64,000 nucleotides of DNA, taken from NCBI RefSeq assembly GCF_037042905.1, contig NC_087245.1, positions 30,816,001-30,880,000 of the forward strand, read 5' to 3'. The notes under the pieces were generated by a model. The model was not told where the DNA came from, made no database searches, and saw only the letters and a program-made list of their open reading frames with translations. The first letter of the stretch is position 1. Each line of letters opens with the position of its first letter. The position numbers and the translations under genes are program-made. The DNA comes from Lytechinus pictus. Its lineage: Eukaryota. Positions 13,930 through 26,100 of the stretch are shown piece after piece.

Positions 13930-14012
13930 TCCCCCTCTCTCTTTCCTTCCCCCTCTCTCTTTCCTTCCCCCTCTCTCTCTTCCCCCCTCTCTCTCTCTCT
14001 CTCCCTCTCTCT
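13930..14012. repeat. (CT)n-rich pyrimidine tract
   Basis: Visible. Confidence 0.85.
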
Positions 14013-15769
14013 AACATGTCTAAGGATTGCTTGTGCATAACAGACCACTGACTTATTTTAACCATTCAATTCAATTCATTAATTTATTCAACCCGCAATG
14101 GGATAAACAAAAACAAGATTTAAAAAAAAATACATAGATGGCTAGGAGACCACGTGAAAAACAATGCTGAAATAATGAAATTATTCCAATATCCTAGATG
14201 TACATAGTTTAAATAAAAAATAATAATACAGTCGGAGAAGTTTAATACTCACGACATCAGTAGTTTGCTTGAAAACATGCACTAGCTCGCTTGTTAGTCG
14301 CCATGGAATTCGCCATTCACAGGCCTATACATGTATAGCTGCATTGTGCAATGTATAAACATAATGCTCTCAAGTCTCAAACCTCCGTGTATGCACTCGC
14401 GGATCGATTTTTCAAAACGACTTGCTGAATTTCGCCTGAGCGGCAAAATTCAATATTAATTGGATCAATACTACCACCCAATTTAGAAATGTAGCAATTA
14501 ATTCAACGTTCATTGAATATTAATAGTAGTATGTTATACTCGCGCGGCATTCCTATTACCATGGAAACATATAGGCCTAGCTAGTAGCAAGTAAATTTAC
14601 TTTAAAGGCAGAATAATCGCATTCGTTTCAATCATAGATACTGTATTTTTCTTTTATTTTTGTAATCTTTTATTCATATTGATGGTTATTGTGTTACTTG
14701 GATGCGTTTTGTACTACAAAATGCATAATAAAGAGATATAGGCCGATATATGTTAAAAATATATACCGCTTTTTGCGGGCAATAGTATATACTTACAAAC
14801 AAAGTGGCTTTTAGATCACAGTGCTTGACGGTAAACGATGGGTAACTGAAGATACAACATAAGATTCCAATGTGGCGAACCGGGTATATCATTTCAGCAC
14901 GAATCGAAAAAGTTTAATTTAAATCCATGTCGGAATGATCATACATTTTCGCTCTCTCACCACTTATTATAGGTCCGTAGCATATCGTTTTAGAAACATG
15001 AACTGAAAACGAACAGCCTATGATTCAATTCCTTTGACGAATGACTCCAAATAAATTCAACTGTCCTTGTGTCAATCATGTACTTACTTACTAACCCATG
15101 CAGGTATAACACACACAAGTTCAGGCGACAAACAATTCCGCGTTCATTTGTGAAAATTTGCATTCATTTGTGAATTATATTTACCCGGTATGCCGTGAAA
15201 GCGACTCTTCTCTGAATTCCGACGTAAAATGGTCATAAATGCACAATGGGAAAAGCTCATCCGTAAACGGCGATTCGCGGGCGGGGTCAACCCACGATTG
15301 TTTAGTCCAATGATACCCTTTATAACGTGCACCGCAAAATTCTACTTCTATTGACTCAGGAACCCCATCAAGTCCGTCACCAATAGAAGAACATAATTAA
15401 GGGTAATTTTTATTGTAAAGGGGAATATGAAGCGAGATACGGTATATAAAGATAAAGAAACCGGACATAAGATAAAAAAAAGTAAAGAAAAGAAGGTTTA
15501 GGGAGAGTAAGAGAGAGAGAGAGTGAGAGGGGGGAGGAGGGAGGAGGGAGGGGAGAGAGAGGTTGATTGGACTGAGTGGAAAGGCGAAATGAGAAAGAGA
15601 AAAAGTGTGGGGGTGAGGGTATTATTGTACTATAGACCTTCGTGTATCAATATGCGACCACCCCCCCTCCCCCCCCAAAAAAAAAATCCTAATAGTATGA
15701 GCTAACAGTAAGCACTCTTTGGAACAAAACTCTTTTTCTCTCTCTCTCCGTACGAAAAACATTTTTAAT

Positions 15770-16130
15770 TGCACAGACATTTTTTCCTCTCATAATTCAA
15801 TGAAACCAAAATATTCTTTGATGTCATGACAGTCATGCATGAAAAAAATGACGTTTGTGAGATTGGAATTCGAAATGCAAGAGAGATAGAGAGAGGGAGA
15901 GAGAGAGAGAGGTAGGGGAGAGAGAGGGGGAGAGAGGGGGGGGGAGATGGGGGTATATTGCACCCTGGACCTGTATGCGTTTATTTTTATTTACACAGTA
16001 ATCATTCTCTCATAATTCAATAAAACCCAAAATATTACTCGATGTCGATCATGACAGTCATGCATGAAAACAATGATGTTTTTGAGATAGGAATGCGAAA
16101 TGCAAGAAAGAGAGAGAGAGAGAGGGAGAG
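15770..16130. repeat. Local diverged direct duplication (~130 bp) ending in (GA)n
   Basis: ctcataattcaat...aaccaaaatatt...catgacagtcatgcatgaaaa...gaaatgcaaga occurs at ~15790 and ~16010. Confidence 0.75.
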
Positions 16131-16760
16131 ACAAAAAAAAAATCGTTTTTTTTCTGCAAAGACCAGTAGTCATGTAAAGATTTATTAAACGATTCAAATA
16201 TACTACATCTTTGATAAATCACTCGACCATGCTTAAAAAAATTGTTATTATAATAAATGATGATGTTGATAATGATGATGTTGATAATGATGCTGTTTTT
16301 GTCAATGATAATGAAAATTACAATATTAAGAATAGCATCAATTATGATAACAAATAATACAAAGTAAGTTTCGAATATTGCGTTTTTATTTTTCATGATT
16401 TTACAAAACATTCCATATTTCATGCTTTCTTCCATTATCTTTTTATGTTTACTTTCTTATTCATAATCTTCTTTTTTTAATCCGTTAAAAAATCTAATTC
16501 CATATATTTGTTTTTTAGCAATTTATCGCAAATATTGTTTTGTATTTTCCTCTCTGTTTACGACTTGTCTTTTAATTCGTTTATTCGCATGGTATGTTTC
16601 TTACTCGCAGAGGCAATTTTATTAGTATCATATCACGTCGATCGACTATCCGTCTCAAATTTTTGGTCAAATAAACACTAGGCTATACCCCCGAATGAAC
16701 GACTGAACGAACATAAATGGGCCCTCAGAATGAACTACACAGGGTCCCAACTCCCTGAAC

Positions 16761-17079
16761 CAGTGGCGTACCTAGGATTTTCCACAGGGGGGGGGGGGGA
16801 ACCGTTCGCCAAAAAATTTGACAAGCCAAAAAAAAAAAAAGTCTTCAATCACAAATGAAGGATTTCGTACCAGAAAAAAAAATTGACAAGCAAAAAAAAA
16901 AAAAAAAGGTCTTCAAGCTCGTCAGGGGGGGGGGCAATAAAGGTCTTCAAGCTCGTAAGGGGGGCAAAAAAGGTCTTTCAAGCTCGTCAGGGGGCAGGGA
17001 TACGTCCTTTACATGGGTTGTGGCTCGTCAGGGGGGGCAGACTGCCCCCTCTGCCCCCCCCCCCGTAGGTACGCTAGTG
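16761..17079. mobile_element. hAT-like MITE
   Basis: cagtggcgtaccta / taggtacgctagtg TIRs; exact 8-bp TSD ccctgaac. Confidence 0.9.
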
Positions 17080-17646
17080 CCCTGAACTATATAGACCCAT
17101 CCCATTCCCCTTCAGTTGTAGCAAACACGCCCTTAATACAGGCCACAATATCGGATGAGATCCTGCCCAAAATAACAACTGACTTTAAAAGTAAGAAGAA
17201 GTGTGACAGAATCATGGTGCAATTTTGCACATTCGTCATTTTCATACAATTAAATTCAACGGTCATGATAAAAAGTCCCCCCCCCTACCTTATATTAGAG
17301 AAGCCAATAAATGTCAATAGTTCTTGGATAACATCTATTTAATAATCATCAGCATTAATAGTGCAATATGGAAATCTTGAGTAAAATAAAAACATTAGAA
17401 ATAATAGTCATTATTAAAAATAATAAACTAGCTTGCAACTGTGCAAAGAGTTAATAAAGACTCGGGCTATCTAACGTCACCCATCTTTTGTATAGTGATC
17501 AAGAGAGTTACAGATCTCAAACAGCATAAATTATTATGTGCCACCTTTGTGTGTAACTGATCACTTGGCTTGAGAAAGTCCACAGGAGTAAATGAAACCT
17601 GTCAAAAATAATGTTGAGTTTGACAGAAGCTTGAACACTTTTTTAA

Positions 17647-18166
17647 ATGGGTACTCCAGGCTGAAAATAGTGATTTGAATATATTAATAAAAATCAAACA
17701 AACATAACCCTGGAAATTTGATCAAAATCGGACGAGGAATAGTATTGTTATGGCGTTGTAAAAATATGCATTATCCCGGTGAACAGTTTTAAGTATGTCT
17801 TCATGAATGTTCAATGCGCAAACTATGGATTAACAACTGATTTGATGCATTAGATATTCATTGCTGCAACTTATTTCATCGTAAGGGAAACATAATCATT
17901 CACACATGTATGAGAAGATGAAACAATGATTTCATGTAATAGCATAAGAAAAAAAAAGGAAAGTAGGGATATGACATCATCAGCCTATCTAATGAATATT
18001 CATGACGACGTGCATATCACTGTTTTCACAAAATATCGCTAAACTTTAAAATTCATTAACTTTGGTATTTATTATTAGATTTTGATAGAAATTGTATGTA
18101 TTTTGCTCTGTGAATTTTACTCTTTTTATCTAGATATAAACATTTTCAAACCGGAGTGTGGCCCTT
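17647..18166. mobile_element. Kolobok-like MITE (TTAA TSD)
   Basis: ttaa|atgggtactccaggctgaaaa ... ttttcaaaccggagtgtggccctt|ttaa; homologous to 33881-34426 and 39404-39965. Confidence 0.8.
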
Positions 18167-18358
18167 TTAAGTAAAGTATACTTCTCTAACCGTAATAGGT
18201 AGGTTTATGTAGGATATTACAGGCCCACTATAACATAAAACAACACAAATCTGATTACAATAATTGCAGGTCCATGGCAAGGCGTGTAAAATGATCGTTA
18301 ATGGTTAAGACAGGGAAGTGTTATAGATCAGTTGTTTCTATATAACCTATGCTATATA

Positions 18359-18562
18359 CAGTCACACCCACGAAACCGACTCCAAACCGATCGATGATAT
18401 ATCCATCATTGAAAATAACGTAATATCTTTGATCGGTCTGGAGTCGGTTTCGAGCCGGTGTGACTGTAACCGAAACCGACTCCAAACCGATCGATGATAC
18501 ATCATTGGAAATAACGTAATATCTTTGATCGGTCTGGAGTCGGTTTCGAGCCGGTGTGACTG
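18359..18562. mobile_element. 108-bp TA-flanked hairpin MITE plus tandem partial duplicate
   Basis: ta|cagtcacacc...gaaaccgactcca...tggagtcggtttc...ggtgtgactg|ta; second copy 18469-18562 lacks the left tip. Confidence 0.8.
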
Positions 18563-19002
18563 TAAATACCCTCGATTTAGATCTGAGTCAACGGTAAAAC
18601 ATATCCGGTTGATTTACTAGGAAATGGCGCGTGAGCTTTGCGAAGAAATATGGAATATGATTATACACCTTTGTTCCGGCATTGCTTCAAAAAGAGAGAA
18701 GTAGAAAACGCCCGCGATAAAATTACACTCCGATAAGGGGAATTTCGAGTATCAACAAATTTACCCTCATTTTTTCGATTTATTTTGTTTGTTTTTGTGA
18801 TTAGAATAAAAGCGCCATCTAAACTGTAAAAAAAAAAGATTTTGCAGGAACCCCTCTCCCCCCCCCCAAAAAAAAAAATAATTCTGTAAAATGTTATATC
18901 AAAAGATGATCCGCAATTCAACAGAACATGTCTTCTTAAACAAACGGAGAGATTAATTCATTACGCCATACACCAATTTCCTGTAATTTTACGCAATGTG
19001 AG

Positions 19003-19256
19003 AATAATAATAATATGTCCACTTATATAGCGCAGTTACTATGTGCATATACTCAACTGCGCTTTGATACTTGGTATCATATTATTACCCCGGCTGTAGC
19101 TAAGCCGCCATATTAATAGGCGCTAAAGCGTTCAAGGAATAAATCCTACCGGGTACCCATTCACCTCACCTGGGTCGAGTGCAGCACAATGTGGATAAAT
19201 TTCTTGCCGAAGGAAATTACGACATGGCTGGGATTCGAACCCACGACCCTCTGTGA
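19003..19256 (-). mobile_element. tRNA-derived SINE, 5'-truncated, L2-type 3' tail
   Basis: Minus strand: B-box GGTTCGAATCC, core ccacattgtg...acccaggtg...aatgggtacc, gcgctatataag followed by an (ATT)n tail. Confidence 0.8.
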
Positions 19257-19910
19257 GAATAACAGGTGCGTTCTCGAGACTCTGCCGTGCGGGAACTTTT
19301 CTGTTTCTTCAGGATAAATTTTTATTCCATCCATTCCATTCCTTGTGTTTATTTGGCAATAAGTCATGAGTGACTATTTTTGCCACACACTGTATGTTAA
19401 GAAGGATTAAACAAATTCTTCATTTCTGATGTACTTTTTTTCCCTTTTTAAATCAGTTTTCTATGATGAAATACTATTTTAATCAACATTAAATAATGGG
19501 AGGAAAAAAAGTCAACACCAACAATAAGCTTAGGCGAAACAAAACACTGCATCAGCAAACTATAAGGGTGATACTTCACGAAAACGAGGTTGTTGATCGA
19601 TGAAAATAATTATAAAAGAGCACATTCTGGCTAACAAAAGGGGATAGCATTTCAGCGATCCCGAAGCCCTTAAGTAATTAACTCATTGTAACAAGTATCA
19701 CTCATCTGTATTAGTAGTCTAGATTTCGATATTAAAAAAAATGTTTATCAGGACGAGTAATGGAGGCCCAGTTGGTTTACATCTGAATTGCTGAAATTAG
19801 AGTAGTTCTCAATGATCTGTATAAGCGTGTGGGGGCTGTGGCGTCATGTTTGATTATATTATGTTACCTACGATGTTACATAATCAAACATGGCACCACT
19901 GCCCCTCATA

Positions 19911-19970
19911 AATGATGATGATGATGATGATGACGATGATGATGATGATGATGATGATGGTGATGATGAC

Positions 19971-20001
<31 letters not shown>

Positions 20002-20010
20002 GTGACGATG

Positions 20011-20042
<32 letters not shown>

Positions 20043-20120
20043 GATGATGATGAATATGATGATGATGGTGATGATGATGATGATGATGATGATGAGGCTG
20101 GTGATGGTGATGACAACGAC
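19911..20120. repeat. (GAT)n microsatellite
   Basis: Visible. Confidence 0.95.
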
Positions 20121-20701
20121 GTTGAGGTTGCGGGACGTAGCAAATACAGGTTCACTCTCCATTATTACCAAACATTCGATCGTTTATCTGGTCTTCTTCA
20201 GGACTTTAAGAGGAAGGGAGGATGTCGATGCGTTGTGTGTAGTCTCGTTTTAATATTGATAAGATGCTGTACCCAACACAAACGTGTGTCGAATTAAATA
20301 ATGTTTCGTTTTATTCCGGTAAGCTTTCGGTCATATCGACGGCCTTCATCAGGCCTATACAAATAACAAAATATAGTAAACGTCATAATAATTTATAAGC
20401 AAAGTATTATCAAAACTGTAATCAATTTTATTACTTGCTATAAGCTAAATCATTATATTTAAAAGTGATTTCACATTAAATTGATAACTGATTTCCATGA
20501 TTTTGACGATGATCATAATGATGACGCCGATGATGATAATGATTATAATCATGTGATATTTATACTTTTGCTCATTATAATAATGATTATTGATTATCAT
20601 AATGATGACGTCAGGGAAAGTTGTGATTATGATGTTTATATATATGCTTATAATCATATATAATTATCAATATAAATCATCAATAATTTAATATATATAT
20701 A

Positions 20702-21685
20702 CAGTGCGTATCAAAAAAAAGTTTACACTTTGAAAAAGCTCTGGGAATTAAAAAATATGTAATATGTGGGTAATTTTTTCACATATAATCTTGGGTTTGG
20801 GTCTCATCTATCCAACAAAAGTAAACTTTTTGACAGAATGTTACACTTGAGTGAGCACTGTCCATTTTTGTAAAGCTCGCAGAAATCTGTTTGCGCAGAA
20901 ATGCTCGTTTTCACGCTGTGTCAAGGGGAAAGGGCGAAATCAAACTTATCCTGCGAAACATTTCTCATACATTCCCTGGCACTCTTAGTCAATTGAAATA
21001 AAACGGATACATTCAAGCATATTGTAACAGTTTTGCCACCCAAATTAAAAATTCAACACTTAGTAAGCACAACCTTTACCCTTTTCGTGCCAGCTGGATC
21101 TGAGGACATAACTGAATCTGAACAAAAGTTTATATCAGATATCTCCAGCATTTTTCCACTAAGTTTTTATAATATAAAGTGGGTTTACATTTTATTTTTC
21201 ATTAAATACTTGTTTCTCTACACTTTTCTCAAGCTTGACAATGATTAACAAAACGAAAATCAAACCTAAGCCATTTCATGTAAATCACAGCTCAGTGTAA
21301 AGCAAATATCGTCACGATGGCCTCGGTGTGTGGGGGAGTGAGGTGGGGCTCAGTGGCACTCTTCGGAGTGTTTTGAGCAAGGAAACAAATTTAAAAAGGT
21401 AAAAGATATCTTCAAATCAATTTTACTAGCTAAATTCCATGTGTTCTTCATGATTAAGGTCTACTTTTATTCGCAGAACTATTTCAAAGTTCTGCGAAAA
21501 TCATTTTCCACTAACTTTTCAAAAGTAAGTGGTGCTCACTCAAGCGGAAATATTTTTCGACAGTTATATCGTCATTTGCTTAAATGGATCTGTACCAATG
21601 TTAAAATGTGGAAAAATCTTCGGGATATTACAAATGTATAATTCTACAGGATTTTTTCTAAGTGTAAACTTTTTTTTGATACGCA

Positions 21686-21688
<3 letters not shown>
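20702..21688. mobile_element. Tc1/mariner-like non-autonomous element
   Basis: Perfect 29-bp TIR cagtgcgtatcaaaaaaaagtttacactt, TA flanks. Confidence 0.9.

Positions 21689-21748
<60 letters not shown>
21689..21748. repeat. (TA)30 microsatellite
   Basis: Visible. Confidence 0.95.
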
Positions 21749-21751
<3 letters not shown>

Positions 21752-22567
21752 TGCGTCCCACAAAAAACGAAACCGAGATTTAGCGATGATTTATCATAAC
21801 CTAATCATAAATACAATAGACAAATGACCTACCAATATAAAGCTTAGAATCTCCTCTTTCATCTGATATTACTTAGATTATTCCTCATTCACGCATGAGT
21901 GAGCAAAAACAACTTGAAGAAATGATACCAATAACTAATTTGGCAGGGGGTATCTGAATTTCAAAAAGAAAATCACATGCCTAAAAAGTTCAATATATGC
22001 TCTTTTATTTGATACCTTAATCACAGAAAATGGTCAAGAAATAAAAAAGTTCTGTTCCCTCGAAACAATGCTTGTATTTCCATAATTTCATTAAATAAAC
22101 GTGTTTTCACCGGTCTCCCACAGAAGCTATCGCATGGTTAACAAAAGACTTAATGCATGGCTGATCGTCAACAAAACGGAGTGTCGAGTGAGTTTGAACG
22201 CTAGCCTGTGAAACCTCTTCATTTTATGAAATTATTGAAATTCAAGCCTTATTTCAAATAACCAAAACTTTGTTATTTCTTGACCATTTTCTGTAATTGA
22301 GGTATCAAATTAAAGAGCAGATATTGAACTTTTAGAAGTGTGGTTTTCTTTTTGAAACCCAGATACAGCCCGCCAAGTGACTTTTTGGTATCCCCTCTTC
22401 AAATTGTTTTTGCCCACTCATGCTTGAATAAGAATTAATCTAAGTAATTTAAGATGAAAGAGGAGATTCTAAGCTTTACAATGGTAGGTCATTTGTCTAT
22501 TGTATTTGTGATTAAGTTATGATAAATCATCGCTAAATCTCGGTTTCGTTTTTTGTGGTACGCACTG
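21749..22567. mobile_element. Tc1/mariner-like MITE with ~300-bp imperfect inverted arms
   Basis: cagtgcgtcccacaaaaaacgaaaccgagatttagcgatg... mirrored at the right end; TA flanks. Confidence 0.9.
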
Positions 22568-22985
22568 TATATTAATAATCACTAGGCGCCTCGGAATAGA
22601 TTATTTCTAGATAGATGGCGCTATTATACATGTATATGCACTGTTCTCATGGCGCTGGGGAGTGGGAGTGCTGGTGCTGAAGCACCATCCAAGATTTTTC
22701 AGGCGGTGCATGCTGCGTATGTTATTCTTTTTTTACCAAAGGCAGCACCCCCTGGAATGCAGGTTGACGAACAAAATTAAAAAAAGAGAAAGGAGTATTA
22801 ACCCATTATTTAGGGGTTTTTGCTGACGGCAACCATCTGAACAAAACCTCCAGCACAGCATCGCCCCCCCCCCCCATTTAAAAATCGTTCCCACGCAGGG
22901 CCCCGACTGTTCGGCAGTATAAGTAGCAATACAAAGTAAGGTATTAATAAGAAAGTCGAGCTACGTGCTGCACAAATCGAGCACG

Positions 22986-23140
22986 ATGGTATCGCCAAAT
23001 AATTTTACTAAACAGCAGAATCAGAAAACGAAAATACTGACTGCTATGTTTTATATTCTCGTACTGGTCGTGCTGGTTGTGATTTCTGGAACCGTTCTCT
23101 TCAAGAATCCTAGTATAAACATCTCACCCGTAGCTAAAGA
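22986..23140 (+). CDS. ST8SIA: ST8Sia exon 1 (cytoplasmic tail + TM anchor)
   Basis: ATG at 22986, hydrophobic stretch, GA|GTAAGT donor. Confidence 0.8.
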
Positions 23141-26100
23141 GTAAGTATATCACTCATTGTGAATACATAAGAGATTTGCCGCAGTTATTGCGGGGAATGG
23201 ATAGACGTGATGGAGGGGGAGGGGATCAATTTGTTAATACCGGTTTTTATAAACCAAATAGAGCGGTTTAGTTTTTTTATACAAAATCTGATCTATCAAG
23301 CGAAGGTGCACCAGAATTGTTTCGGCATCTTTGATTTTTTTTTCATGGGAGGGGTTAGAGTTAGAGGGAACACTCTAAAATTAGACTCACCATAAAAGCA
23401 CATTATCATTTGTTTGTAGCAATGGGTAGCTTGGAAGTTAGACATAGTAATCATTGGCAATGGAAAGATATATTAATGGCCTATACGGGAACATGAACGC
23501 CGGAAGGCCGACCCCTATCTAAATAAATAAATTAGGTAAATGAATAAATATATGAATACATACATGAACAAATAAACACATAAACAAACAAATAATTCAA
23601 TAAACATTTTCGTCAGAGTGAGAATATTGAGCGAGGATTTTAAAAACAGTATTTTTGCAGAAATTTTAACACAATTGTCGACTCATATATGTGTATATTT
23701 AACTTAAATATTTCCTTTATTATAACATTTCACTGCTATTAAAATGCCTCGTATAAAAATAATGTGCCATCATGCGAATCAAGCACCTGGCACCAAAATC
23801 GAATTAGCATTGTTTCATTAATTGAGTATACTCAATAAACACAGTTATAAATGTGCCATCATGCGAATCAAGCACCTGGCACCAAAATCGAATTAGCATT
23901 GTTTCATTAAATGAGTATATTCAATAAACACAGTTATAAGCTAGAAACGTTATAATGTTGCTGTTCACGAAATATAAATAGTACATTGCATCCGGCTTGC
24001 ATACACTGAATGCATCATACCTTACATACCAGGAAATAACATGGACCATCATTATTTTCCGTATATCATGTACATGGAACGGAAATAAAATTACAGTTAT
24101 ATTCCTTATTTTCCAGTTATTTTTCCTAACTCAGAAGACAAGAAGTATGGTGAAAGATTAGTATTTTATAACGACATCAAATGGACATTTCCTATCGATG
24201 CTTAAAAATAAACTATATAATAAAATTATGTTCTTGATTCTCCCAGAATTTCATTTCATATTAGACGAAATGAAAATGACTCTAAGTCAGACGAGGGCGA
24301 TCTCCTGCATACTGCGGCAAGTGCAATCAGGTAAAAAAAATGTATATAAGGAGCCTTGTTTGAACAAGATAACAAAGTATTTACCATTCAATAAAAGGCA
24401 AGGCTCCTCACATGTACCCCTAGAAAGAATATTGGAGTTGATAACTTATTAATCATTCATTTGTCTCATACCATTTGATAATTAGACCAAATTATTGACC
24501 AAATTGGTAGTAGAGGCTAGACCTAATGGCCATTGGACGGATTTAATAAATATTTATATAATGAAAAAAAAACGCGCGCATTGGACAATAATGGAGTGGG
24601 TGGGAGCTCTGGCCGTGCACAGCCAGGGGGGTGAAACTCCGCTTCTGCATCCGGTCAGAATTGAAGAAAATTTCGGAGGGTCAAAAGTGCACACTGCTCC
24701 CATTTTTCGTATACAAGCCTATGGACACCGCCACTGTTTTGGTACACCAGCGAAATGAAGGCGTGGTCACGGAACGTCCTTCGCGCATAGCGTAAAAATA
24801 TGTAAATTAGTATTTTGTCACTAATTAGCATAATGCGCGACCTGATTAATATCGTTTATGGTGTCTGTCAGTGATTACATCATGTCAGATCATTCGTTTT
24901 TTTCCTCCTCAGAGTTTTATTATTCATCTATTTTAATGATCTATTTGTTATTGCTTGTTACGATTATTACTGTATCTTTGCTTTGTTTTAGCTGCAAATG
25001 GCCAGGATCTTTGCTAAAAAATATTACAGAGGAGGTTCCCAAAGAAAATGTTTAATGCATGAGTACATGAATAAAACATTAGCGTTTAATCCAATCATAC
25101 AAGTGCATTATGCGTATTTTGACGTCATTCTCATGAATAAAACATTGACCCTCCAAAATCATCCTTCAAATTGTCCGCCGGCAGCCATGTTGGCTATGTA
25201 CAAAACCTATGGGAAATAAAAACGCGCGGAAAGAGTTCCCTCTCTAGCTCCCTTCGGGAGCTTACGTATACGTAAGATCGTATCTCTGTGTGCACAGCAA
25301 TCTAAGGTAGATGCTGACTTACCGGTATAGTGTGACGATGAATGCATAGAGATGTATACTAATTACGCTAATTACGCGTTATTAGTATACATCTCTATGG
25401 ATGAATGCCACTCTTAGCTTTGGCGCTGGCCCTTTGCGCTGGCCGCTATACACCGGCGCGCCGGTGTAGCGGCGGATCCCCTACTAGGCAGATACGGTTC
25501 ATCTGCTGGCGGATCGTGTTCCAACTTCGGCGGATTCAGAACCAATTTATCTTCGGCACATATCGTTCTTGCAATCGTTTCTCTATCTGCATGCACATGG
25601 TACCCATTTCCTTCAAAATTATACAGGACCTACCATTTATTTGTATTTATCTATTTCAATATGAAAATAAATAATAAAAAAATCAAACGACGGCAACCCA
25701 ACTGAATGGATCCGAGTAAACAACGATACCTGCCGGCGGATACCGTAGCCGCCGATGGAACCAGATCTGCCGCTACATCGGCAGGCATCATTATAATTGC
25801 TATCGCTAAATGCGACTCGAGTTCGTGACTAGTCGAACTGGTACGCTTTTTTTTCCTACCCTAGTTCTTAACAAAAACATAGCGATATGATATATATTTC
25901 GAAATTCAAGGATAGGCCTACTTGTGTTACTTCGATTTTGAATGATGTATTTTTTTCATCATAAATGACCACAAATAGTGTGGGGGACATTAATATTGTG
26001 CCCCCCCCCCCACCTTAACAAAAAAGTGAGGGACGCGTCCCACTGTCCCCCTGGGATTTCCTTCCATGGTCGACCTTAATTTTCCGTAATTTTTCCGCAA

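Noticed and set aside
15080..15400. Possible SLCO promoter or non-coding first exon (CpG-richer patch, CCAAT, minus-strand GTAAGT)
   Set aside because: The motifs are too generic without transcript evidence
19200..19256. tRNA gene (B-box GGTTCGAATCC on minus strand)
   Set aside because: No complete cloverleaf; continues into a SINE core and tail
24992..25055. Alternative ST8Sia stem exon (CKWPGSLL...)
   Set aside because: Plausible acceptor, but no phase-2 donor before the stop; 24247-24330 fits both phases
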